A stretch of DNA of 56,153 nucleotides, the filler included, from Basidioascus undulatus (Eukaryota): NCBI GenBank assembly GCA_000826855.1. It is 4 parts of 4 records of this genome, joined end to end, with 100 filler letters (N's around TTAATTAATTAA, not from the genome) between each part and the next. Parts side by side here need not be neighbours in the genome. Positions count along the whole stretch, not along the records: positions 28,129 to 42,105 come from JTLS01000768.1; positions 42,206 to 56,153 come from JTLS01000769.1; 2 more parts are not named here. One strand, written 5' to 3'. The notes under the pieces were generated by a model that ran no database searches, was not told where the DNA came from, and saw only the letters and a program-made list of their open reading frames with translations. The translations under genes were made by a program, and so were the position numbers. Below are positions 37,040 through 48,909 of the stretch, in pieces; position 1 is the first letter of the stretch; every line of letters begins with the position of its first letter.

Positions 37040-37867
37040 ATATGGCCCGATTGCCTTGTCGGCCTTCAGGCGCCTCAGACCAAGCTCAGACACCTCGTTC
37101 ACTGGCAACGCCTCCAAACTTACACCAGCCTCATTTCTACGTGCTTAACACCACGATTATGTCGGCTGAACGAAAAGATCCGCCTCAAGGTACAGATCGC
37201 ATCGCCGGCTACAGACGCATACCGCCTCAACCTGAATCTACGGCACGTTCGCTTAGACTCTATGATGCAGCGGCCAGCAGCGCTCACCCTGCCCCTTGTC
37301 ACATGGCAGTCTTCACAGCGCCACTCTCTGTTCGGTATCGCAGCCCTCATCCCAAACGAGACCTATGAAGGGTTCGATAGGTCGGGCAATGCCGTCCTCA
37401 CCGCTACGTTCCCCCTCTTCCCCCGGGACCTTCCAGTTCAGAGTGCGCCCCTTTCCCCTCCCATCTCATCGATCTGACACTGGCCCGTTCTCCCCACGAC
37501 AGTCGTCTCCAACCTCCTCCTCTCCTACCTCCTCTTCCAACCGCGCACGCTCTTTGGCCTCGGCGAGCTTCTGCGGTCCGAACCCGTCGCGCACGCGATG
37601 ATCGTCCTGCTCTGGGCGTTCCAGCACCTCGGCGTCGCGTGGGTTGGGAGGGAAGAGTGGAAGTGGCGGCGGCATATGCAGGGGGATGTGAAGGCGTCGG
37701 TAAGTGACTTTTGCTGGGAAGAAGGCATTGCGTGGAATGTGGGACTGGAGGTTAGAGGAGGGCATTGTCCGAGGTGTTCATTGATGTGCTGTCCTTCCGC
37801 TCAGCTCGTCTTCCTGCCTCCGCTGCTTGGGCTGGCGTACTCCGCTCACCTCGTATTTAATCGATGA
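37040..37867 (+). CDS. Small hypothetical membrane protein (5' end uncertain)
   Basis: Spliced 3' exons VSNLLLSYLLFQPRTLFGLGELLRSEPVAHAMIVLLWAFQHLGVAW..KAS / LVFLPPLLGLAYSAHLVFNR* with a canonical GTAAGT..CAG intron. Confidence 0.45.
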
Positions 37868-38360
37868 CATCATGAGCCCTTCACATCTCGATTCGCATTG
37901 CGCGCAGGACGACTTCGCAGCATGCTCGCTATCGCTTCGCACAGATCGCTTCATTTACTCTTCATTGACGAGTTTCAGCTGTCTACTCAAGTCGTAAATG
38001 TCCATCGCAATGATGCAGTCTCTACCCTCCGCGCGTACCTCTGCAGCAGTAGCCGTGTTCGAGTCTCCGAGCATCTTTGAACAGCTCCTCTGCGTGGGTG
38101 GCTTTCTACTCGTCTATCATGCAACAATTCGCTCGATCGATCCTCCTTAAAATGGGATTTATAACGGTGATCGTCGTGGTATCAGGAGGTCTATTATTAA
38201 CTCGCGCTAATAATACCACAACCCTCACGCCGCGAAAGACCCACAGCATGCACGCTGTGAACAACGGAAACCTGGCATCACCGCCTCGGCGACCCCTAGA
38301 GCAACGAGAAATACCAACCCTTTTTCAATTTATATCCAATTGCACACGAAAAATTTGCAC

Positions 38361-39730
38361 CAAGTGGCAGTCGGCGTATGGCGGATGGCGGGAAGCAAAG
38401 GCCCCTCTCTGCATGGGAAACAACAGCAAGTATGCAGGAAAACCTGGTGACACTTGCGGTGAGCGCGCTCGTGCATGTACCCCTCATCAGCAGGCTTCCC
38501 CCATTCTCGTTCTGACGAACTGGGGGGTTTCAATAGAACTCCAGATGAGTATCCCTTTGCAACCACGAGTGATGATTATCGTTTCAATCACGTCCCGCAT
38601 TCGCTGCTCCTTCAGAGGCCACTGACATCTCCACTGTCGTGCGCTTACAGCGGAAGGTTGGGCAAGCGGCGATCCCGCCGTTCTGCGCTGCGTGCCGGAC
38701 TCCGAGAACAAGAGTGCGCCTTTACCCATCGCTACCCCCCTCTTCCCTCCCTTCACCGGTCTGACGAATACTTCCTCGTTTCAGTAGTCTCCGTTTCCAT
38801 AGTCTCTGTGCCTACTGTTTCTGATCTGTGCATTGCCTGCTGGCAAGTTGCAAGTTGATGTCGCCGACGCCGGAAGACGAACAAGCAAGCTGCCTGCAGC
38901 GTCCACAAACATCCACAAACGAGACCTAGTTGCCGGACACGGTACATAAACACACCGCCAACGCCCCGTGGCGTCAACAACGAGCTGACAAGAATCCGCA
39001 TGACGCGTTGAGCACCCTCAAACAACCACTAGCAAGAAGGCCGCGATGGCCATGTATCCCTGGCAAGTCCTTCCGCCAAGTGGCTTCCATCGAAGTGAGC
39101 CTGAGCACCTGGATGAATGACTCTCACTCCCTCATCATTACCACGGCAAAAGGCTGCAGAAAAAGGTCTTTGGGAACGTATAGCCAGTTGCACACACCTA
39201 AATCGAAGGAGTAAGGCAATGAGGAGTCAAAGAGACTTACCATCTGAAGACCAAGTCTAGGCGGCGGTTCTCAGCTCACGCACTTCTTCAGACAGAAGCG
39301 CGTCAAGGAGGGCGACACCTTCGACCTGTCTTTCGCGTGGGACGTGTAAGTCGCCGCGCTTACTTTTCCTTTTGATACTGTTTCTTCCAGAGCCCTCAAA
39401 GCTTTCCTCCACCTTCAGCAACAATGCAACTTCTGCAAGGACGCGGGCGCCGAGAACGACGGCACCGAGTTCCAGTTGAAGGTCGGCAAGCTGGACGACG
39501 TCCACGCTCGACGGAACGCCCGCGACTTCGAGTCATCGTCGCTGCTGGGCGACGTCAACGTGCCCTGTAATGGCACCCGGGCCCGCCTCCCCATCTTCAA
39601 GACCTCCAAAGGGCAAAACGCACCTCGTTCTCCACGACGACGCCCAGCCTGGGGAACGAGGTTTGGATGGACGCGGGCGACGAAGACGACAAGCTGGACT
39701 CGAACATCGACTGTACTGAAAACAGCAGGG
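38361..39730 (+). pseudogene. NucA/NucB-type (His-Me finger) DNase, catalytic/C-terminal half
   Basis: Spliced KPGDTC/DEYPFATT/TEGWASGDPAVLRCVPDSENK/SGGSQLTHFF..KEGDTFDLSF/QCNFCKDAGAENDGTEF; frameshifts after ~39610. Confidence 0.8.
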
Positions 39731-40109
39731 TCGACGATTCCTCTGGTGAGACTTCCAAGGCAGACTGTTACTCTGTACGCCGGTCTCGCTGATATTCTCA
39801 AACAACACGTCATCTTGGCGCGGGGGGTCGTCGTCTGCTACAGGTCCGCGTTTACTACTTTCGTGCTTTGATGTGGAAACATTTTTGAATCGATGTAGTC
39901 TCTTCTTATAGTGATTTTCCTGTATGATATACGTTCCATTGCGTTACATAGGACGGTCGAGTTTACAGTGCAAGCCAAGTTCAGACGATTCTTCCCTGTC
40001 ATCAAAGTCGCCTAGTGATTCATACAACCATCTGGAAAATTGGTCCCTGAAGGTAGAAGTCAGTTTCCCAGAAAAATAAATACTTGATGCAAAGAGAGAG
40101 GTACAGTTG

Positions 40110-40573
40110 CTGCCTGTCTTGTGCTGTTCGAGCGCCGCCAAACGAGCGTCGAACTGTGACATTCGTTTACGCCCCAGCTCTGTGCCGGTCGCGCGAATGT
40201 CAGCGGCAGCTACAGCCAAAAAGGGCTATCGCATCAACGGAAGCGGCACTCACTTGCAGCCGGCGTCCTCGACACGTTTCTGTGCAGCAAGAGAGGACAC
40301 GAACGCCTGATCGCTGAGATATCTCAACCGAAGCAGAACGGGAAATAAGCTTACAGCACCACGGGTCATACAGGCACTTTTGAGCTTCTTGTTGATCGCG
40401 AAGCAGGCGTTGTTGCAGACCTCCTTCGCGCCGATGCGCTGGTCGCCACGCTTACCAGTGAAGGGACCACAGCGGAGATTGAGTACCCCTTTGTGCTCTG
40501 GGGCATTGGCCCCCGTGAGGAACCCGAAGATGGCGAAAGCACTGAGAAGGATGACGGTCGAGAGCTTGGGCAT
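40110..40573 (-). pseudogene. Signal peptide plus Cys-rich N-terminal half of a fungal NucA/NucB-type DNase
   Basis: MPKLSTVILLSAFAIFGFLTGANA..LRC..EVCNNACFAI..MTRGA / ..KRVEDAGCK; the next exon has a TAA in the spliced frame and no CDEYPF follows. Confidence 0.6.
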
Positions 40574-42105
40574 GGGGTCCACAGAAGCGGCTGGGGATCG
40601 GGGCGACGACGCTTCGACGCCCATTCTTATAGGGAGTCGAAGACGCTGAGTGTGTGATGGACCTGCACATGTGAAGCTTCAGTTACGCCCCCGATTCGGC
40701 GCTTGCGTGGCTGCAACACAGGCATTGATCCGAGTTGCACAGGATGAGTGCTTGCTCTCGGTCGGACATTGATCTGATGTCAACTTGCAGGCGATCTATG
40801 CGGATGTTCACCGGGATCAAGTGTGGATCATACTCTAGGTTGACCATGGAAGTCAGCACCTCGGGCTCGGAGGAGCTTAAGCTCGCTCTAAAGGTACGCT
40901 CCAGACATCAAACAGAGCCATTTTCTGATTCCGAGACTCCAGCCAAAAACTGACCACGACGCAACGAGGCGAAGCGAAGCCGAATGACCGCGAAAAGCAG
41001 CAAGAAGGGTCGTTCACCGCCCAACGGGGCGCGAAGCCGAGCAAGATGGAGCGTGCCGCCGTGGGTGAGTGCATGAACCGGATTTGGTTAGTGGGGTCGG
41101 CAAGGCTCAGTTGCAAGCGAGCGAGCGAGGGTGAAACGAGAGCGAGGTATCGTGTCAGCGCGAAGGCGACTGGAGCGCGGAGCACGCGGGCGTATCGAAA
41201 TGGAGCATCTTCCTGCGAGGGAGTATAGCATATAAGTGGTCCAGCGCCCAGAAACAAGCACATAGGCAACGGAAAGTGAGCCAGCAGAAGGACCTCCATC
41301 TCATGCTTTCGTCGATGAAGAACATGGCCCCAAATTACCCAGAAACACACCTATGCCCAATCCACACCCGGTCCACGGGAGGGCAAGGGAACAAGAGCGA
41401 ACGGAAGTGAGGATGAGGAAGGCAAAGGCAGTCAACACGGCTTGGAGATGGTGGGTGTACGAGGACAAGAGAGCAGGGAAGCTGTCGAGCGCGAAGGCCC
41501 GCCAAGTTGCCGCCAAGTCCCACAGTCGTAACGCACACGTGACCGATTCCCACGCTACCCTTTCAGGGGCAGCAGCGAGATGGAGATGCGGGATGCGTTC
41601 CAAGTTGCTCTCGAGCCGCACACGACACTCTCTCCGTTCACGCACTGACGATACCCTAACGATTCTACGTATCCATCGATAATACCGTACCCTTTGCTCT
41701 ATTTGCAAACTCGCGAGTGGATATAGCGAGCGGTGAGACTGGCTCCGAGTGCGGGAGGTAACTTGACGGGTGCGTGGTGGTTCCAGAAACAAGCATGGGA
41801 GTGGAATGTGGGCGACCTTTGGTGTATGGATGGGAGAAGATGGGATGGATGGGATGTTTAAGACTGCAAGAGCTAGAAATGTCGTCCCCATTCGATCACA
41901 GAGGTGCAGTTGACTTTCTTTTTACGCAGCACACTGACACAGATCACCCCTCCTACAGACCCATCTCCCTACAATCACATATTCTCGCATGGTTTCACCC
42001 TCTTCGAACCCCTCCGCCGGCTCCGGCAGCAGCACTACTACTCCTCGCGCCTCCCCTCGCGCCTCTCCACCCGAGACCCTCTCACCCTCCTCCGCGCCCT
42101 CCCGA

Positions 42106-42205
42106 NNNNNNNNNNNNNNNNNNNNNNNNNNNNNNNNNNNNNNNNNNNNTTAATTAATTAANNNNNNNNNNNNNNNNNNNNNNNNNNNNNNNNNNNNNNN
42201 NNNNN
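42106..42205. other. Artificial contig linker
   Basis: N44-TTAATTAATTAA-N44. Confidence 0.97.
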
Positions 42206-43367
42206 CTTGCGGCTGTGGAGGCTGGCCAGAGACGTCCGGGCTTGAGGCGGCGGGGGGACCGGCGCCCGGGCTGGGCGCGGCGGCGTACGGCTGGGGCTGG
42301 GACGGGGGCTGGCCCTGCGCCTGCGCTTGCGCGGCGGCGGCGGCTTGGGCGGCGTAATCTGTCGGGACGGGGCCGAACTTCAGCTTCCCTTGCGGCTGGG
42401 GAAGAACGGAGAGGGGGGAGAATGGGCACGCACATGCTGCCCACTGGTCGTCGTACGGCCCCTTCTGCGGCTGAGCCTGCGCCTGCGGGGCGCCGTCCGC
42501 CGGTGGAGCCTGGGGCTGGGACTGGGACTGCGGCGCTTGCGGTTGAGGCGCGTACGGCTGCTCGGCGGGATACGCGTGCGCCTGGTGCGTCGGCGGGCCC
42601 GCCTGGGGAGGTGCGCCGTTGTAGTATGCCTCCTGCGGCGGGGGCTGCTGCTGGGCGGGGTAGGAGGATTGCTGTCGGCGTTCACGAGCGAGGTCAGCCA
42701 AACGGGAGGGAGAGGTGGGTGCGATGTGGCGGGGAACTTACGGGATACCCCGCTGCCTGGGGCTGGGCGGACGGACCTGCCGGGCCCGCGGCCGCTTGCG
42801 CCTGCTGGCCAGCGTACCAGCCGTATCCCTGCTGCGGGGCGGGCTGGCTGTAGTCGTAGCGTCCTGCGAGGCGCGCGAGTGAGGCGTACGTCAGCCCGAG
42901 GCGCGCCAGCGAGGCGTACGTCAGCCAGGCGGTTCTTCATCGCAGCACGACTCGGAAACGGAGGGGGACGACATGGATGCGAGAAGAGGATACGCACCCC
43001 GCTGATGCCTCGCCATAGTGCTCTCCATCATCTGTTCAAAGATCCCCCGCGCGCGCGTAAACGTCTCGTTCATGGTGACGAGGTCATCTGCCCTCGCGCC
43101 GCCATGTCAGCCACCAAGCACTCTCCACCCAGCACGCTCCACGAAATAGGAAAATAGAGGGAAGGGAAGAGGAGGCGAGGGAGGGAGGGAGGAGGAACGA
43201 CGCACCCCTTTTGCGCGAATATTTGTCGATGAGCTTGACGATCTTGGGCCGCAACCTGAGCGTGCGGTCGTACAGCTCCTGCAATCCCCCGCGCGCGCAT
43301 CCACATCAGCTTCCTTCCTGTCTCCCCTCTTCTGTCTGGGCTGTTCTCCTTTGTCCAACACATTCTG

Positions 43368-43399
<32 letters not shown>

Positions 43400-45282
43400 C
43401 ACTCTTCTCCCGCACTTCCAACCCCGAACAACAAGGACAGGAACGACGACTCGAACGCACCTGGATCTCCTCGTTATCCGCGATGTTCTCCCGTGTAGGG
43501 TCGACGCTCTGCAAGAGCTGGAGGAGGCGATCGATGTCGCCCGCGCTTGCAAAGAGCGCGGACTCGGCTTCGACTTCGGCCGCTAGCTGGGTCGGGGTGG
43601 GGTCGGGGAGCTTCTCCTGTCAACGCCAGGGGTTCAGCTGCCTTCCCATTTGAGGAGAGGGAGAGGAGGAAGAGAGGAATGAAAAAAGCGGGAGGGGGAA
43701 GAGTGTCGGAGATGGGGATGTGCGGAGGAGGAAGGGGGGGCGGATAGGGAATGGGAACAGGGGATGGGCATGGTAAATGGGGAAGGAGGAAGGAGGGATG
43801 GGGATAGGGAGGGAAGTAGGGGAACAGGGGAAGCGGAAAGGAGAGGAGACGAGGATCGGAGGACGCACCACATAATTAACAGGAAAGATCCCCACCCTCC
43901 CCCTCAGCTCGCCCTTCCACCACTCCCGATACAGCGTCTCCACAACGCGGATCACGTCCCCGCGCACAAACGCTAGCTCGTTCGGCTCCTGTGGCGCAAA
44001 GTCAAACAGTGCGCGCACGCGCTTCACTCGTCCTGCTGCTGCTCCTGATTCCCCAAGTCCCCCTGCCACCCCCGCCCCTGCTCCTGCGCCCGCGCCCACC
44101 GCAGACGGAGCGACGGCTGCGCGACCAGCAGGGACGGAAGCGGAGGACGGCCCGTCGGGAAGGGAGGAGGAACGGATGGCGGCGGCGGCGGAGGAAGAGG
44201 CAGGCGCGTTGGTCGGGGATGGCGCGGGGTAATCGGACACCCACCCGGCGTGTGCGCCCCGCCCGCCCGTGTCGGCTTTCGACATTTCGAGGACCCGCTG
44301 CAGCTCTTCTTCCTCGGCGCGCAGGCGGTCGGCGTCGGGCTCAGGCGGGGGGGTGCGGCGCTTGGGGGGGGGACGAATATCTGGGAGCGAGCTCCGACGT
44401 GAGTGAGCGGGGGAGAAGGGATGGGGAAGTAAGGGGAAGAGGGAGGAAGAAGAGGAGAGGAATGGGAGAAGAGGGCAGACCCACCCTTCGCGGCCAGCCC
44501 GTTGAGCGTCTCGCGCATGAGGTCAAGCGTCCCCGCCTCGGGCGAGGCGTCAAACTCGTCCGCCCACTCGGCCATGAGCTGCAGGACGCGCTCCTTCACT
44601 TGCTTGACGGTGTTCTGTTTAATACATCACGCCTCAATAGGGTCCGCCTGCAGGATATCGTAGAAAGAGGGAAGGGAAGGAAGGGAAGGGGGAAAAGGGA
44701 AGGGGACGAGGGGAGATGGGGAACGGGGGAGGGAAAGGGAGAGGGAGAGACGAAAGGGAAGGGCGACGGTACAGGGATGAGGAATGGGGATTGGGAGAAG
44801 GGGAGGAGAACGACCCACCCGGTCTTCGGCCAGCTTAGCGAGACTGGAGGTGAAAGAGCGGGAGCTGAGCTCGCGGTGGACGTTGATAGCGGGGGTCACG
44901 TTCTTGGAGAGAAAGTCGACGAGCTGTTTCCTCCACGCACATCCGTCTCAGCCACCTCCCTCTCACACCCCATCAAAATGGGAATGCCCGCACGCACCGA
45001 GAGCGTGTACAGTTGGACGTTCGGGTTCCTGTGGCTGAATCGCTTCTGGGTCGCCGCGACGACCTGCCTTGCGCCGTCCTCGTCCTTGATCTTGTCGACG
45101 AGGTCAAAGTACTTGTCGTACGGCTCCGTCGTCAGATTCTCGTCCGTCGCTTTTTCTGTTACCCCCATTCCACCCATTCCCTAGCCCCATCAGCGGCTGT
45201 TCCCTCTCTTGCTCCACGAGCGCGCAGGACACGCACCGACATCCTCCTGGAACGGAAGCGGGCCTCCGCCGAAGAGCGACAT
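42206..45282 (-). CDS. HSE1: ESCRT-0 subunit Hse1/STAM (VHS-UIM-SH3-GAT), 3' truncated
   Basis: [41 protein letters not shown]3 [62 protein letters not shown]-rich tail. Confidence 0.95.
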
Positions 45283-45558
45283 GTTCGATCGAGTGCGATG
45301 GTTTGTTTGCTTTGTTAGTTGTTTTGGGAGGTGAAAAAGATGCGGGAATTGGGGTGAGTAGGGGTAAGGCGATGGTGAGCGTCAGGTCCAAGGGGAGCGG
45401 CAGCGGAGGCTGCGCGAGGGCGAGGCGGTGTTGAATGCCGCGTCACCGTCACCGCTGCCTGGGCGCTGGCCGGACCGATTCCGGCTTGGACACTGACCAC
45501 CTTCATCTCTTCCCTCCCTCACCTCCCGCTCCCTCTCCTCCTTTATTCCTCATCAACA
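45283..45558. promoter_or_regulatory. Probable bidirectional promoter between HSE1 and MMS2
   Basis: 276 bp between divergent ATGs, with a GC-rich core and CT-rich tracts before each start. Confidence 0.55.
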
Positions 45559-46386
45559 ATGGCCAAAGGTGCGTAAATCTCCCCACAATGCTTATTGTCG
45601 AAGGGTATGCTGAACACCGGGGTGGTCGTGTGCTCCGTGGGTCCTCCACCAGTCCCCCGCAACTTCCGCCTCCTCGAGGAGCTCGAGAAGGGCGAGAAGG
45701 GTATCGGCGACGGGACGTGCTCGTACGGCCTCGCAGACTCGGACGACAACACCATGACCGACTGGAACGGCACCATCATCGGGCCGGGCCATGTGCGTCT
45801 GCTGCACCCTCTCCTATCCTTTCTCCCTCTCCCTCCCTCCCACTCCCTCCCTCCCGATCCCGATCCCGAGCTTAGGAGAGACGGGAGAGACTGACTGAAG
45901 CTGGAGGGCAGACCATCCACGAGAACCGCATCTACACGCTCTCCATCACATGCGGCCCCGCATACCCCGACCGCGCTCCCACCGTCCGCTTCGGGAGCAG
46001 GATCAACCTGCCGTTCGTCAAGGCGAACGGGGAGGTGCGTGTGCCCCCCTCCCTCTCCCTCTCTCCGAGATGGGCGGAATGGGCCCGCTGATATAAGGAG
46101 TGGGTGGGAGCCCAGGTCGACCCCAACGCATTCGCGACCCTCGCCTCGTGGAAGCGCGAGTTCACGCTAGAGAAGGTCCTTGCTGATCTGAGAAAGTGGG
46201 TCCCCTCTTCTCCTCCGCATCTTCCCCTCCTCCCTCGCCTCTGCCTCTTCCCCTAACACTCGGAGCTCCGATCCGTTCGAGCGTGGGGTGAGATGAATAC
46301 TAATTGAGTGACTGGGTGCGGGCAGGGAGATGGCCTCGCCCGCGAACCGGAAACTCCCTCAGCCGCCGGAGGGGTCGTTCTACTAG
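45559..46386 (+). CDS. MMS2: Ubiquitin-conjugating enzyme variant Mms2/Uev1
   Basis: [66 protein letters not shown]/..[19 protein letters not shown]; 5 exons. Confidence 0.97.
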
Positions 46387-48909
46387 ACTGTCCACCTCCC
46401 TCTCCCTTCCACCACCCCACCATTCTTCCATCTCCCACAACCGACCTTCCCACCCGACTTCTCTCCCTCCGTTCCCTCACCCCAATCCCCACTTCGACTT
46501 ATCTCTTCCCTTTTCTCATATTTGGTATTTGGTTTATGAGGTGGGAGGCGGGGCAGGACGGGACGTGGGATGAGAGATATGATGCGAGTGTGGGCGTGGA
46601 GTGGGGTACTGGGAATGGAGGGTTGAAGGAGGCACGGGTGGAACGAGGAGGAGGGTGACGAGATACACTACATTTTGACTGACATGATCACGAACGGCGT
46701 GCATTGCCGCTCGAAGGGTGCGGTGGCTGCCCACGACCGATTTGGGAGGGGAAGGCAAGGGAGAATGAGGGAGAGTGAGAGGGAGAGGGGAATTCGCATC
46801 GCGCTGGATGGCTCGTAGCCAACGTGTCTTCGTTCCCGAAGGTGGAAAGGATCGACTGAACTTGGACCAACTGGAAACATGGGAGTTTGGGTCCAATCCA
46901 CAGGCTCCACAACTTACCCCATGCGTAACGTCGTGTCGCGCGCTGGGATCGCAGAGGCCGTGCATGGGAAGAGTACTGAAGTACTTCGCAGTGAACAAGG
47001 ATTGCGCGTTAAGTTTAGAGTGACAAGCGAGGGAAATGAAGAACAGGTCGTGGCTTGATCCCAGACGTGTCGCACCGGGACATCGTCGTTCCTTTGCCCT
47101 ACACATTGCCGCAAGGGGACATGTGCCGCATACGGACTCACTGGGAACTCAAGTCAACGTATTCTGTGCTAGTGTAAAAGAACACCGCCACCTCGGGCCT
47201 CTTTAGCCTTGTTACGGCCGCTTGCCCTTCGGTCGTCAGATACAGCGGCAGCCGCACGTTGCACGCTGGACAAGAAGGAACCAATTGGCCCACATTGCCA
47301 TTTCAGGTTCATGAAAGTCAACCTCACCTGATCTTCAACTCATTTCGGAGGTTGCTGGAAGAGGAGCGCGGATGCTGCGTGGGTGCTGAGTGCTGAGTAA
47401 CCTCTATTCGAGGTCGGGATGCTGCGCGACAGCTGTACCGTAGTTGCCGGCGCCAGATGACTGATACTGATTGAGCCTTTGGATCCCCCTTTCCAACATC
47501 GTACATACTGGTAGAATGTCCTGCTTTAGCAATACCCCGACATCAGATAACGAGAGGCTTTGTGAAAGGGGCCGGTGATAGTCAAATCATGAGCTGGCTG
47601 TTCAATGGAGAGGAAAGCGAGTCGAGACCGAGAGCAAAATGCTCAGTTCTATTTTCTATGCCTGCACAATTGTGCATCGAGGAGGTGGAAAGGCTGGGAC
47701 CAGCATTTCAACGACACTGCTTCGATTCGCAGACAGGGCATCTTTCCAGCTGCAGAATAATCGCCTTCGCCTCACATTAAGCCTGAGATTCAACTACTGA
47801 ATTTTGCCTGCCGGTCTACAGCGACAACTTATTTTCACAGCCCGATAACGAAGCCCGTTTCCAGAGGACTTCAGATGATATTTACACTGCAAGCTGGGGT
47901 AGCTACCCTGAGCACTCGATACTTTTCCGAGCGAAGTGTACCACCCGGAGTGAAGGCTAGAGTTACGGTATCCCAAGGTATCCTCGTTGCATACCTCTAA
48001 AGTACTCCCGAGCCGACCAGGGATAGTTGTAGTCTGCTCCTTGGATGCGCCCGAGCGTAAGACCGCGAAAGGGGTAGGTACCCTTGTATCCGTTCGAATA
48101 CACACAGAGGAACACACACAATGCTCACATTTAGATGACCCGTGGTACCAAGCTGAATACCAAGGATCAAAATACATTGGAGCGTGTCATGCGCTGTGCC
48201 GGTGTCCAAGGTATTCTTGTCGCCTCCGCAACTTCGCAAAGAGCAGTTCTGCTGAAGCTTTGACTTTTGGACAGGCAGCGGTGTTCCGATTTCGCTCCAT
48301 AGCCAGAGCAAGGTTGCCGCATGAGGCTGCGTGAGGCTTCACGATGGTTCAGACAACACGGCTCAGCTTGAGGGAAACAGATACATGTACACTGATATCA
48401 GGGCTGGCGGACAGCGGCGGGCCGGCGGACCTTGCCTAAGTAGACCCACTGCGTCCACAACGCGCCAGCTACACCCGACTACACCCAAGCGTCTGTTGTT
48501 CTTTTCCCAAAATATTGGAGATATTAAGCAGGAGGTATTTTAAAACGCGGACTGCCAACACATGATGCTTTTTTGCGGACGGACTGCCCAGAATGCCTCT
48601 CTTGTGTCGCGGCCATGGCAGCGGCCCGCTGTCGAGCTTACAGCGGGAGGACAGCCTCAACGCGGTTCCGCCAGGAAGAATGCGGATGGATGTTGGGTGA
48701 GGTTCCCACTCCTTCCTACATCGGTGTTGACGGCTCGTCAACAATCCATGCGGACAGCACTTGGCTGTGCGGGCGTATAAAGACTGCGACCACCCGCCTG
48801 CGTAACTTGCTCTCCATTCCCTCCTCCCCACCCTCACGCTTCCCTAACAACTATACCCCTTTCTTTCATACCCTATTACGCACTGTCTATACCACATATC
48901 ACGATCACG

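Noticed and set aside
38119..38360. Hydrophobic N-terminus (MQQFARS..VVVSGGLLL) as the true start of the NucA/NucB gene
   Set aside because: It lacks the Cys-rich N-terminal motif and has AT-rich, hairpin-like non-coding character; probably a chance open frame, though a fusion is not excluded.
40877..42105. Hydrophobic minus-strand ORFs and a possible plus-strand gene start near 41989
   Set aside because: No family features, an internal stop, and truncation by the contig end.
43368..43399. (TCTCGCA)4 microsatellite
   Set aside because: Ordinary intronic simple repeat.
43991..45184. 397-aa plus-strand Arg/Gly-rich ORF
   Set aside because: Antisense to HSE1; open because the purine-rich introns lack stops.
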